Source of the DNA: Chloroflexota bacterium
Lineage (GTDB): Bacteria > Chloroflexota > Anaerolineae > Anaerolineales > UBA11858
Direction of reading: 5' to 3'
DNA length: 64,000 nucleotides
Assembly: GCA_016865865.1 (NCBI GenBank)
Contig: VGOC01000005.1
Location: 1,194 to 65,193 of the forward strand
Below the pieces are notes generated by a model. That model was not told the DNA's origin. It worked only from the letters and a program-made list of their open reading frames with translations, and did no database searches. The position numbers and the translations under genes are program-made. Below are positions 29,030 through 39,517 of the stretch, in pieces. Position 1 is the stretch's first letter; each line of letters begins with the position of its first letter.

Positions 29030-30603
29030 GGGGCCTGTCCGACTCGCCCCCACAAAATATTTGGAGAATCGCTCCGGGCAGAGAATAACATCCCATCTAT
29101 CTCTACCACAGTGTAGTACTGTTGGATATATGCATATGCTATTTCTTTATCTCCCCAGAGCTGCACGATCATATCGGGTTCGAGCTGACCAATCGAGTAA
29201 TCATAATCCCATTTCATATGGCCGGGGCGGATATCCTCTAGCGATGCGGGGGTGTGGCTGGGCAGATGGGCGATATAGGGATCGTTTTTCCCTAGTAGAT
29301 CGATAGCCGGGCGGTCGGCGAAATAGGGGATTGCCCCGGCGGTCACCACGGCGATGCTGGCCTGAGGGGTGGTGCTTTTGCGAACGGCCAAGGCGATGCG
29401 GGTGTCTTCTTTGTTGCCCTCGATGAAAATCGGCGGCTGGAGCAGCAGCCACCGCCTCAAATAGGCGGTGTCGCGCCGGATGAAGTTGAAATTTGCCAGC
29501 GAGGCCAGCGTAAAACCAACCAGTATCAGGTTGACGAAAACAGGCTCAAGACGTGAAAATTGTCGTCGGATGGCCTGGAGAATTCGATCAACGCAGACTA
29601 CGAAGAGCGTGAAGAAGGCCGGCATTGCGATGGCAATATAGCGGTTAGCCCCGCCTTTGTGCTCCCAGGCGTCCCCGCCAACATAAACGCTGTAAGCTAC
29701 TTGCCCTACGAATAGCAGGGCGAGTAGAAAGGTTTTTCGGTCCCTTTCGAAGATCAGATGTATGAAGGGGAGAGTCAGCAACATCCAGTTCAGGTCCCTC
29801 CCGAACTGATAGAATACATAGAGGCCGCGTTGGATGCGTAAGAGTAGAGGGATTCCGCTCATTTTCAGGTAATACGTATTGGGCAAAGGGTCGCCGTAAT
29901 ACCACAGACGGAAGAGGGTCTGGCTGGCGAGGAAGGCGGCCAACAGGCCAAGCTCCCAGGCGAGACGCCGCCAGCGATGGCGGGGGACGAAAAGAAAGGC
30001 AAATCCTACAAGGACGAGATAAGGCACGGTCATATCTACTCGGACGAGCGTGCCAAACCCAAGTAGAAGATAAGGCCAGGGCGAAAAGCGATCGTTCCGA
30101 ATTTCGAACAGCATTATCAAAACGGCTGCGTTGAGCAAAAGCACCAAAATACTGACTTCCATACCTTGCAAGCCCCAGTTGTTGAGAGGAGTGTAGAAGG
30201 CAGTCAGCAGCACCGCCAGAAAGGGCGGGATGAATTCATTCGAGATGTTTTCGGTGATCTTTTTGACGAAGATTAAATTTAACCCCAGAAAGATCCCCCC
30301 ACTGATTTGAATGGCCAGGCTGACTTTCGACGCCGGGATGGGAAACAGGTGGAAGAAGGACATGAAGATCACCCATAGCGGGTTTGTGTAGCCTTCGACC
30401 GGCGTTTCACCAGGGTTCCATACCAGCCCATATCCCTCGGCAAAGTTCCTGGCGTAGCGCATCGAAATCATCGCGTCGTCGAAAAGGACGAAATACCGGA
30501 TCCCTTCTATGACGAAGCTGGTTTTGTAGATATACATTCCCGCATAGAAAACATAAACGCCGAGAAGGGTGATAAGCAGCCAGTTCTTATTGAAGGTATG
30601 CAT
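29026..30603 (-). CDS. GT-C-like polytopic membrane glycosyltransferase
   Basis: 525 aa with more than 10 TM spans. The first-loop motif VLFDDAMISMRYARNFAEGYG is typical of GT-C enzymes. It is the only reverse-strand gene inside the first locus. Confidence 0.6.
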   Translation of the reverse strand: MHTFNKNWLLITLLGVYVFYAGMYIYKTSFVIEGIRYFVLFDDAMISMRYARNFAEGYGLVWNPGETPVEGYTNPLWVIFMSFFHLFPIPASKVSLAIQISGGIFLGLNLIFVKKITENISNEFIPPFLAVLLTAFYTPLNNWGLQGMEVSILVLLLNAAVLIMLFEIRNDRFSPWPYLLLGFGTLVRVDMTVPYLVLVGFAFLFVPRHRWRRLAWELGLLAAFLASQTLFRLWYYGDPLPNTYYLKMSGIPLLLRIQRGLYVFYQFGRDLNWMLLTLPFIHLIFERDRKTFLLALLFVGQVAYSVYVGGDAWEHKGGANRYIAIAMPAFFTLFVVCVDRILQAIRRQFSRLEPVFVNLILVGFTLASLANFNFIRRDTAYLRRWLLLQPPIFIEGNKEDTRIALAVRKSTTPQASIAVVTAGAIPYFADRPAIDLLGKNDPYIAHLPSHTPASLEDIRPGHMKWDYDYSIGQLEPDMIVQLWGDKEIAYAYIQQYYTVVEIDGMLFSARSDSPNILWGRVGQAP

Positions 30604-30720
30604 GGTTTACACTTCAAGTCATTGATATCGTTGTACTGAGTATTATACGGCTGTTGCGGATTGTCCGAAAGGGGCGCCCATAGAAATTTCGAACTTTGCA
30701 GAAACAAAAGAACAGGTAGC

Positions 30721-31416
30721 ATGATCATGCAAAATCTTTCAACCCGAATTATTCGCCGTACACAAAGATATAAAAGAGATTTTTCCGGCGCCATTGATGT
30801 AAAACGATTTCTCAGGAGATATCCAGGTTTCAAAGAATATGATGAACATGTTCGTTCTCTAGAACTTCGCCTGAAACCTGCCTATGCGAGATACATCGAA
30901 GATATTTCTACGAAATATATGGCGGTATCGTTGGAAACGGCCTTTTTTTTGTACATAGCCGCTAAAATCAAAGGCGCGACCCAGATTTTAGATTTGGGGA
31001 GTGGTTTTAGTTCATATGTGTTGGGGTTATACTCTTCGAATACCGGAAGTAATGTGTTCGTACATACAGTAGATGATAATGATCTGTGGTTGGATAAGAC
31101 GAAGTCCTTCTTGCTCGAAAATGGAATGCCGATAGATCGAATCAGCACGTGGGCGGATTTCCACCAGAACAATCGAACCAGGTACGATCTGATATTTCAC
31201 GATCTGGGGGATATGCAAACCCGAATGGAAACGCTCCCCTTTGTGCTGAACTTGCTGTCAGAAGGAGGCATTGTTGTCTTGGATGATATGCACAAGAAGG
31301 AATACAGTCAATATGCCAGAGCCGAAGCCAGAAATGCAGGGTTTTCTTTGTTTTCTATGAGTCGTTACACATTAGATGAATTAGGACGTTTCTCGGAGAT
31401 AGCCATTGACGAATAA
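30721..31416 (+). CDS. Class I SAM-dependent methyltransferase-like protein
   Basis: Has ILDLGSGFSSYVLG, DLIFHDLGD and GGIVVLDDMHK. The ATG at 30721 is preferred over TTG at 30661. Confidence 0.6.
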   Translation: MIMQNLSTRIIRRTQRYKRDFSGAIDVKRFLRRYPGFKEYDEHVRSLELRLKPAYARYIEDISTKYMAVSLETAFFLYIAAKIKGATQILDLGSGFSSYVLGLYSSNTGSNVFVHTVDDNDLWLDKTKSFLLENGMPIDRISTWADFHQNNRTRYDLIFHDLGDMQTRMETLPFVLNLLSEGGIVVLDDMHKKEYSQYARAEARNAGFSLFSMSRYTLDELGRFSEIAIDE

Positions 31417-32329
31417 ACCTTTTCTTTTTCTTCTGCTGATTATTTTATCTTGCCTGGCTATCGCCGGTTGTGGTTTCCAGACGGAAGAGTTGCCATCCTT
31501 TACCCCCCTGACGCCCTCGGCCACGCCATTGCCACCCACAAAAACGATTACGCCTACGCCTTCGAAGACCCCTGTTCCACCCACGGAGACGCCGTCACCC
31601 ACCCAACCCCCTCTGACAAACACCCCCACAGATACGCCGACGATGGTTCCTGCATCATTGCTCGTCGAGCAGCCTGCGGTTTGTCGTACAGGACCAGGAA
31701 CGTCCTATAGCATCGCGGGCTACCTGGCTGAGGGGGATACAATGCCTGCCGATGGCGTAGTCGAAGGTGACCTCTTTTGGTGGCATATACATGTCAAGGA
31801 TGGTGAAGTATCCTGCTGGATAGCGGATACGGTCGTTTCTGTGGCGGGAAGCACAGCGAGTGTGCCGCGCCTGACCCCGCCGCCAACGCCTACCGAAGCG
31901 CCAATTTCTGCTTCAGGAGGAGAGGGGATCTATTATTTCCTGGTTGCTGAAAACACTGGCGGCCCATTTGCTTGTGGCGACAGCCTCCTGATGATTTATC
32001 CTGGCATCGCGCGAACCGGGGATGCGCAGGTTGACATTACGAATGCATTGAACGCTTTACTCTCGAACAAACATCAGTATTACAACGGCCTCTATAACCC
32101 AATGTATGCATCGTCATTGCGCGTGAGTGATGTAGATGTATTTCCTGGGGAGCCTGAGAGCAACGTATGGTTGGCCGGAGATTTTGCAAGGCCGAAGGAT
32201 AAATGCGACAGTTTACGTATGCGCGCTCAAGTGTGGGAGACCATCGAAATCCAATTCCCCGAAGTGGGACATGCTGTGATCCGGGCAAACAACGCCCTAC
32301 TGGGCGATCTTCTGGAAACGGGCTGGTGA
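31406..32329 (+). CDS. Lipoprotein with Pro/Thr-rich linkers, an SH3b-like domain and a GerMN-like C-terminal region
   Basis: Signal peptide plus lipobox LAIAGC, and a linker of about 50 aa (TPLTPSATPLPPTKTITPTPSKTPVPPTETPSPTQPP...). CRTGPGTSYSIAGYLAEGD is SH3b-like. TTG start. Confidence 0.65.
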   Translation: MTNKPFLFLLLIILSCLAIAGCGFQTEELPSFTPLTPSATPLPPTKTITPTPSKTPVPPTETPSPTQPPLTNTPTDTPTMVPASLLVEQPAVCRTGPGTSYSIAGYLAEGDTMPADGVVEGDLFWWHIHVKDGEVSCWIADTVVSVAGSTASVPRLTPPPTPTEAPISASGGEGIYYFLVAENTGGPFACGDSLLMIYPGIARTGDAQVDITNALNALLSNKHQYYNGLYNPMYASSLRVSDVDVFPGEPESNVWLAGDFARPKDKCDSLRMRAQVWETIEIQFPEVGHAVIRANNALLGDLLETGW

Positions 32330-32403
32330 GTTGGCGTAAACCATGTTATGATTTCGCCCCGCCGGCTTTATGGTCGGCGTTTTCGTTGTCACAAAATAAT
32401 TCT

Positions 32404-34229
<1,826 letters not shown>

Positions 34230-34240
34230 AAGGCAAACGA

Positions 34241-35062
34241 ATGTCCGATCTCCCTGATCTTTTCGATCTGTCATGCCGCGTGGCAATCGTCACCGGCGGG
34301 GCAGGGTTATTAGGGGCTGAGTTCTGCCAAACCCTGGCGTATGCGGGCGCAGCCGTTGTAATTGCAGATATAGATGAGGAAGTCGCCTCGAATTTGGCGG
34401 CTTCTCTGTCTCGAGGTGGATTCAGCGCCCTGGGCGTGAGGGCGGACGTGACCAGAGTTGATTCTGTTCGAGAAATGGTGGACTCAGCCCTGAAGAATTA
34501 CGACCGCCTCGACATCCTGGTCAACAGCGCTGCCCTGGATCCTAAGTTCGACCCACGATCGAAAAGAGCCCATTCCGGCGCTTTCGAAGACTATCCTCTC
34601 GATCTATGGCAGCAAGCCCTGGATGTCAATCTCACCGGGATGTTCCTGTGTTGTCAGGCCGCGGTGCAGCCCATGCTCGAACAGGAAAGCGGAGTGATTA
34701 TCAATATCGCTTCGATGTACGGCGTGGCTGCCCCCGACCAGCGTTTGTACCAGCGTGAAGGGCAGCCTCCTCAATACAAGCCGGTTTACTACACCGTCAC
34801 CAAAGCCGGGGTGCTGGGCATGACCAAATATCTGGCCGCCTATTACGCCGGAAAGAACATTCGTGTAAACGCGCTGACACCTGGGGGTGTGTTCAACGAG
34901 CATAGCGCAGAGTTTGTCGAGGCCTATTCTGCCCGCGCGGTGATAGGCCGCATGGCTAAAAAAGACGAGATGAACGGTGCCTTGCTCTTCCTGGCCTCCG
35001 ATGCCTCGAAGTACATGACCGGCGCCAATTTGATCGTCGACGGCGGATGGACAACCTGGTGA
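34241..35062 (+). CDS. Classical SDR-family oxidoreductase
   Basis: Has VAIVTGGAGLLGAEF, NSAA and YTVTKAG. Confidence 0.82.
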   Translation: MSDLPDLFDLSCRVAIVTGGAGLLGAEFCQTLAYAGAAVVIADIDEEVASNLAASLSRGGFSALGVRADVTRVDSVREMVDSALKNYDRLDILVNSAALDPKFDPRSKRAHSGAFEDYPLDLWQQALDVNLTGMFLCCQAAVQPMLEQESGVIINIASMYGVAAPDQRLYQREGQPPQYKPVYYTVTKAGVLGMTKYLAAYYAGKNIRVNALTPGGVFNEHSAEFVEAYSARAVIGRMAKKDEMNGALLFLASDASKYMTGANLIVDGGWTTW

Positions 35063-35067
35063 CTCCG

Positions 35068-35823
35068 ATGACCGAAGTCCTCGCCATTATCCCCGCCCGC
35101 GGCGGATCGAAATCTATCCCTCGTAAAAACATCCTCGACTTTGCCGGGCATCCGCTGATCGCTTACAGCATTGCTGCTGGGCTGGCCGCTGAAACGGTCA
35201 CGCGGGTGATCGTCTCCACCGATGATGAAGAGATCGCCGAGATCTCGCGTCGCTATGGGGCTGAAACCCCCTTCACTCGTCCCGAGAAGCACGCCCGGGA
35301 CCAGACCCCGGACCTGCCTGTCTTCCGGCACGCTCTGGAATGGTTGCAAACCAACGAAGGCTATCGGCCGGATATCGTCGTCCAATTACGCCCCACCTCC
35401 CCCTTTCGGCGAGTTCAGCACATTGACCAGGCTGTAGAGACTCTCGTCGAGCGCTCCGAAGCGGATGCCATTCGCACGGTCTGTATCCCTTTTCAAAATC
35501 CCTTCAAGATGTGGCGCATCGCTCCGGATGGTTTCATGCGGCCGATTGGCCTGGAGTTAGGAGTCGCTCACGAGCCTCATAACCAGCTCCGCCAGGCCTT
35601 ACCGGAGATTTACTGGCAAACCGGCTATGTGGACGCAGCCTGGGCAGATACGATCATGCTAAAAAATTCGATGACAGGCGACCGTATTTTGCCTCTCATC
35701 ATTGATCCCAGCGACTGGGTGGATATCGATTCGCCGGATGACTGGAAGAGGGCGGAGCGGTTGTTAGAGAGTGGGGAGATCACCTTGGATGATTTAGGAT
35801 TTCACTTGGAAGTAAACGAGTAG
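35068..35823 (+). CDS. Acylneuraminate (CMP-nonulosonate) cytidylyltransferase family
   Basis: Has MTEVLAIIPARGGSKSIPRKNILDFAGHPLIAYSI and VQLRPTSPFR. ATG at 35047 is an alternative start. Confidence 0.85.
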   Translation: MTEVLAIIPARGGSKSIPRKNILDFAGHPLIAYSIAAGLAAETVTRVIVSTDDEEIAEISRRYGAETPFTRPEKHARDQTPDLPVFRHALEWLQTNEGYRPDIVVQLRPTSPFRRVQHIDQAVETLVERSEADAIRTVCIPFQNPFKMWRIAPDGFMRPIGLELGVAHEPHNQLRQALPEIYWQTGYVDAAWADTIMLKNSMTGDRILPLIIDPSDWVDIDSPDDWKRAERLLESGEITLDDLGFHLEVNE

Positions 35824-35885
35824 ACAAGGTATACGAGTATTACCTGTCCACCTTGTGTACATGTACCTGTTACGGAGAATAAACT

Positions 35886-37775
35886 ATGCCTGAGATAAAA
35901 ATCGGCGACCGCCTGATAGGCGACGGACACCCAACTTATATCATTGCCGAGATCGGCGTCAATCACAATGGTATCCTGGAATACGCTTTCGAGTTGATTG
36001 ATGCTTCGGTGGATGCCGGCGCGGATGCAGTCAAATTCCAGAAACGAAACTTGGAGAAGCTCTACCCCAAGAAATACCTCGAAAATGCCAATATCGGCGA
36101 GAAAAACCTCAACTACCTGTTGCCCATTTTGCAACAGGTCGAACTTTCGGACGAAGATTATCACAAAATCGTCGCCTATTGTCAGAAGAAGGGGATTACT
36201 TTCCTGTGCTCGGCTTTCGATGAAGATAGCGCCGATTTCATCGAATCCCTGGGGGTTCCGGCCTTCAAAGTTGCCTCGGCGGATATGATCAATTTGCCAT
36301 TGCTTGACTATCTGATTGGGAAAGGCAAACCGATGATCGTGTCCACTGGCATGTCCCGTATGGAGGAGGTCGAAACCACAGTAGCCTTTCTCAAGGAGCG
36401 TCATGCTGAGTTCGCCTTGTTGCATTGTAATAGCGCCTACCCTGCGGCTTTCGCTGACATCAATTTGCGCTTTATGGAACGTCTGCGAGAGTTTGGGGTG
36501 CCGATAGGCTACTCAGGTCATGAGCGCGGGATCGCGGTCTCGACCGTCGCCGCGGCGCTGGGTGCTAGCATCATCGAACGGCATATCACCCTCGACCGCA
36601 CCATGGATGGCCCCGATCACGCTTCGAGCCTGGAACCGCATGGCTTCAAGAAAATGGTGCGCGATATCCGACAGGTGACCCTGGCTTTGGGAAGTGGGGA
36701 GGAGAAGTACTTCACGATGGGTGAAATCCTCAATCGGGAAGTCCTGGCCAAAAGCCTGGTGGCGACGCGGCGCATCGAACCTGGCGAGGAGATCACCCGC
36801 GAGATGGTCACTGTCAAAGGTCCTGGGCAGGGACTCTCCCCGCAGCGATATACCGATCTCATTGGTCGTGTGGCTGAACGCGTGATCGAAGAAGACGAAC
36901 CTTTTCTGCCCGTTGATTTGGGGCGCAGAGTCACGCTGGATGTGGAGCATACTCTGCCGATGGAATGGGGCTTTGTCGTCCGGTTCAACGACTTCGAGAA
37001 CATGCTGAAATATAACCCGCTGCTGTTGGAATTCCATTTCACCGATAAAGACCTGGATGAGCCTTACCGTGGCGAGGATTTGGATATTCAATTAGTCATC
37101 CATGCCCCAGAATTTTGGTCGAATCATCTGGTAGATTTGTGCACCTTCGATGATGATCACCGCCGGGCTTCGGTTCGACTCTTGCAGAAAGCCATCAACG
37201 TCAGCCGGGTTATGGCCCCACATTTCGCTGGCGTCCCGAAGGTGGTCGTCCACCCTGGGGCGGCCAGCATAGATAGCCCAATGATTGACCGTCGAGGCCT
37301 GTATGACAACCTCAAACGCTCAGTCGAAGAACTCGATTTCGATGGCGTGGAGTTGCTGATCGAAAACCTGCCCCCCCATCCCTGGTATTTTGGCGGTCAG
37401 TGGTTGACCAATGCTTTTATGGATACCTATGAAATCCGCGAATTCCTGGATTCGATGGGGATGATGACTTGTTATGACACCTCCCATCACAAATTGTATT
37501 GCAACTGGGCGAACGTTGATTTCTACGAGCAAGTCGGAGTCATTCTGCCTTATATTTCTCATTTGCATCTATCCGATGCCTCCGGCCTGGATGGGGAGGG
37601 GCTGCAGATTGGCCAGGGAAATATTGACTGGGTCGAATTCTTCAAGGTCGCCAAGGATTATCATGGCACCATGATCCCCGAAATCTGGCAGGGGCATCAG
37701 CGCGGCGGCGAAGGCTTTATTGTCGCCATCAACCGTCTCTCGGAGGCTTACTTCGAAGCGGTAGGAGATGCCTGA
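35886..37775 (+). CDS. Fusion protein: NeuB-type ulosonic acid synthase (with SAF domain) plus a xylose-isomerase-like TIM-barrel domain
   Basis: The N-terminal half has PTYIIAEIGVNHNGILEYAFELIDASVDAGADAVKFQKR, IIERHITLDRTMDGPDHASSLEP and RRIEPGEEIT. The C-terminal half has VIHAPEF, VVHPG, LIENL, CYDTSH and HLHLSD, the AP_endonuc_2/TIM pattern. Confidence 0.8.
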   Translation: MPEIKIGDRLIGDGHPTYIIAEIGVNHNGILEYAFELIDASVDAGADAVKFQKRNLEKLYPKKYLENANIGEKNLNYLLPILQQVELSDEDYHKIVAYCQKKGITFLCSAFDEDSADFIESLGVPAFKVASADMINLPLLDYLIGKGKPMIVSTGMSRMEEVETTVAFLKERHAEFALLHCNSAYPAAFADINLRFMERLREFGVPIGYSGHERGIAVSTVAAALGASIIERHITLDRTMDGPDHASSLEPHGFKKMVRDIRQVTLALGSGEEKYFTMGEILNREVLAKSLVATRRIEPGEEITREMVTVKGPGQGLSPQRYTDLIGRVAERVIEEDEPFLPVDLGRRVTLDVEHTLPMEWGFVVRFNDFENMLKYNPLLLEFHFTDKDLDEPYRGEDLDIQLVIHAPEFWSNHLVDLCTFDDDHRRASVRLLQKAINVSRVMAPHFAGVPKVVVHPGAASIDSPMIDRRGLYDNLKRSVEELDFDGVELLIENLPPHPWYFGGQWLTNAFMDTYEIREFLDSMGMMTCYDTSHHKLYCNWANVDFYEQVGVILPYISHLHLSDASGLDGEGLQIGQGNIDWVEFFKVAKDYHGTMIPEIWQGHQRGGEGFIVAINRLSEAYFEAVGDA

Positions 37776-39354
37776 TATCCCAGTGCGGCATTCGAAAGCA
37801 AATAGGATGGTATTCGAAAACTGGAAGCGCTTGCTTCCAGTTTTGTTGCCGCTATCTCTCGTGATCGCCGCCGGGATCTGGGGTGTGGATTTTGGCAATC
37901 ATTGGGATGAGGACAAACTCATCCCTCAGTTGCGTGACACAATCAGAACAGGCGTGTTTTTGCCTGGATGGTACCGTTATCCTTCGATTACATATTGGCT
38001 GAATCTATTAGGATTAGCACCATATATCGTCGGTATAGCTGCGAAAGGCGGGGCAGAACCAAGCGATCTTCGAGCTTATCTGATTGATGTTACCGGTGGA
38101 GACATCTTTCGCCTTCAAGCGCGCAAGATATTCATCGTCGTATCAGCTCTGGCGATTTTGTGGGTGTACTTGTTCATCCTTGTAGACAGAAAGCGCAGTT
38201 GGATGGAGTCGCTTTTGGGGGCTTTGTTCTTGGGATTTTCATGGGAAGTGGGGTATCACATGCGCTGGATTGCTCCTGACGGCGTCTTGATGCAGTTCGG
38301 CGCCTTGACCATTTTTTTTGTCTTTCTTGCTCTTCAGGCAGATCGAAGGAAATATTGGCTTTGGGCAGCGGCTGTAGCGGCAGGATTGGGGATGGGGTCG
38401 AAATATCCGGGGGGACTGCTTCTCGTCCCTGTGCTGATGGCTGCATTCAGGCTGAGGGTTCGATCTGGTTGGGGCATCCTTCTCGAAGTGCTGTTCGCCT
38501 TTGGAGTCAGTTTTGTTCTTTCTACCCCAGGCGTCTTCTTGCAGCCGAAAACTTTTTTCTCCGATGTCCTCTCGGAAGTCTCTCATTATCAGACCGGGCA
38601 TTATGGGTATGTGGTATCTCCATGGGAACACTTGGGATTGATGTCCACTTACTTCTCTCAGGTGACATTTTCCCACTACCGGGGTATTGCTTTGGTGCTT
38701 TTTCTGTTTTCTCTGGCGGGCATCTTCGCGCTGACGAGAGAATCCTGGCAGGATACAGTGTTGTTTCTGAGCTTTCCGCTCTTGTACGTGGTTTTCTTCA
38801 GCTTTCAGCGCGTGATGATCGTGCGAAATCTGTTGGTGCTGATCCCGTTTGGGGCAATTCTATCCGCCCGAGGTGTTTGTTATTTGTGGGATAAGATGCA
38901 TCATTGGCTGCCAAAGGCTGCTTTTGGATTGCTGATTCCGGCGATTGTCATCGTCAATGGCGTTTGGTTGTTTCGCGCTGCGCATTCGATCACCCTGCGA
39001 GGGACAGATGATTTCACTCGCCAATTGATCGCCTATTTCGACGAGAACCCACAGATGCGGTTTCTCCTATCTGATAAGGTGATGGACGACATCGAGTCTT
39101 TGGGAGAGCCAACTCCATCGAATGTGATCGGGGATGGGCTAGAGGGTGTTGATATGGTCGTTTTCTACGCTTCAGAGGGGATGGAGAAGCCTGCCGATTG
39201 GCCGCGAAATCGCCCAGGGATAGCAACGAAGTTCTTTGGCCCATGGGAAGTCAACTTTGACTACTATCCCACCTGGGCAGGCGATGATCGAGTATTGGTG
39301 ATGCCATTCGAGAAGGCTCGAGAGATGGGGATCAAAGCGCTCACAGATGAATGA
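37768..39354 (+). CDS. GT-C-like (ArnT/PMT_2-like) polytopic membrane glycosyltransferase
   Basis: 528 aa with more than 10 TM spans, an N-terminal loop DFGNHWDEDK and a soluble C-terminal domain of about 110 aa. Confidence 0.6.
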   Translation: MPDIPVRHSKANRMVFENWKRLLPVLLPLSLVIAAGIWGVDFGNHWDEDKLIPQLRDTIRTGVFLPGWYRYPSITYWLNLLGLAPYIVGIAAKGGAEPSDLRAYLIDVTGGDIFRLQARKIFIVVSALAILWVYLFILVDRKRSWMESLLGALFLGFSWEVGYHMRWIAPDGVLMQFGALTIFFVFLALQADRRKYWLWAAAVAAGLGMGSKYPGGLLLVPVLMAAFRLRVRSGWGILLEVLFAFGVSFVLSTPGVFLQPKTFFSDVLSEVSHYQTGHYGYVVSPWEHLGLMSTYFSQVTFSHYRGIALVLFLFSLAGIFALTRESWQDTVLFLSFPLLYVVFFSFQRVMIVRNLLVLIPFGAILSARGVCYLWDKMHHWLPKAAFGLLIPAIVIVNGVWLFRAAHSITLRGTDDFTRQLIAYFDENPQMRFLLSDKVMDDIESLGEPTPSNVIGDGLEGVDMVVFYASEGMEKPADWPRNRPGIATKFFGPWEVNFDYYPTWAGDDRVLVMPFEKAREMGIKALTDE

Positions 39355-39368
39355 TCCTGGCCGATATT

Positions 39369-39440
39369 CAATACTTCACGAAATCACGATCTACGACCCG
39401 TCCTCGGGTCGCCCGGGGACGGGCTTTCGATCTTTTTCGT
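39369..39440. repeat. Nested-palindrome REP/terminator-like element, copy 2 (core inverted relative to copy 1)
   Basis: caatacttcacgaaatcacgatctacgacccgtcctcgggtcgcccggggacgggctttcgatctttttcgt. A 14-bp GC-rich stem is followed by a T-rich tract, 15 nt after the upstream stop. Confidence 0.75.
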
Positions 39441-39517
39441 TATCCACTGATATTGGATAATGATTCACCGCAGAGCCGCGGAGTGCGCAGAGAAAAAATG
39501 GGTAGGGCAACATCAGA

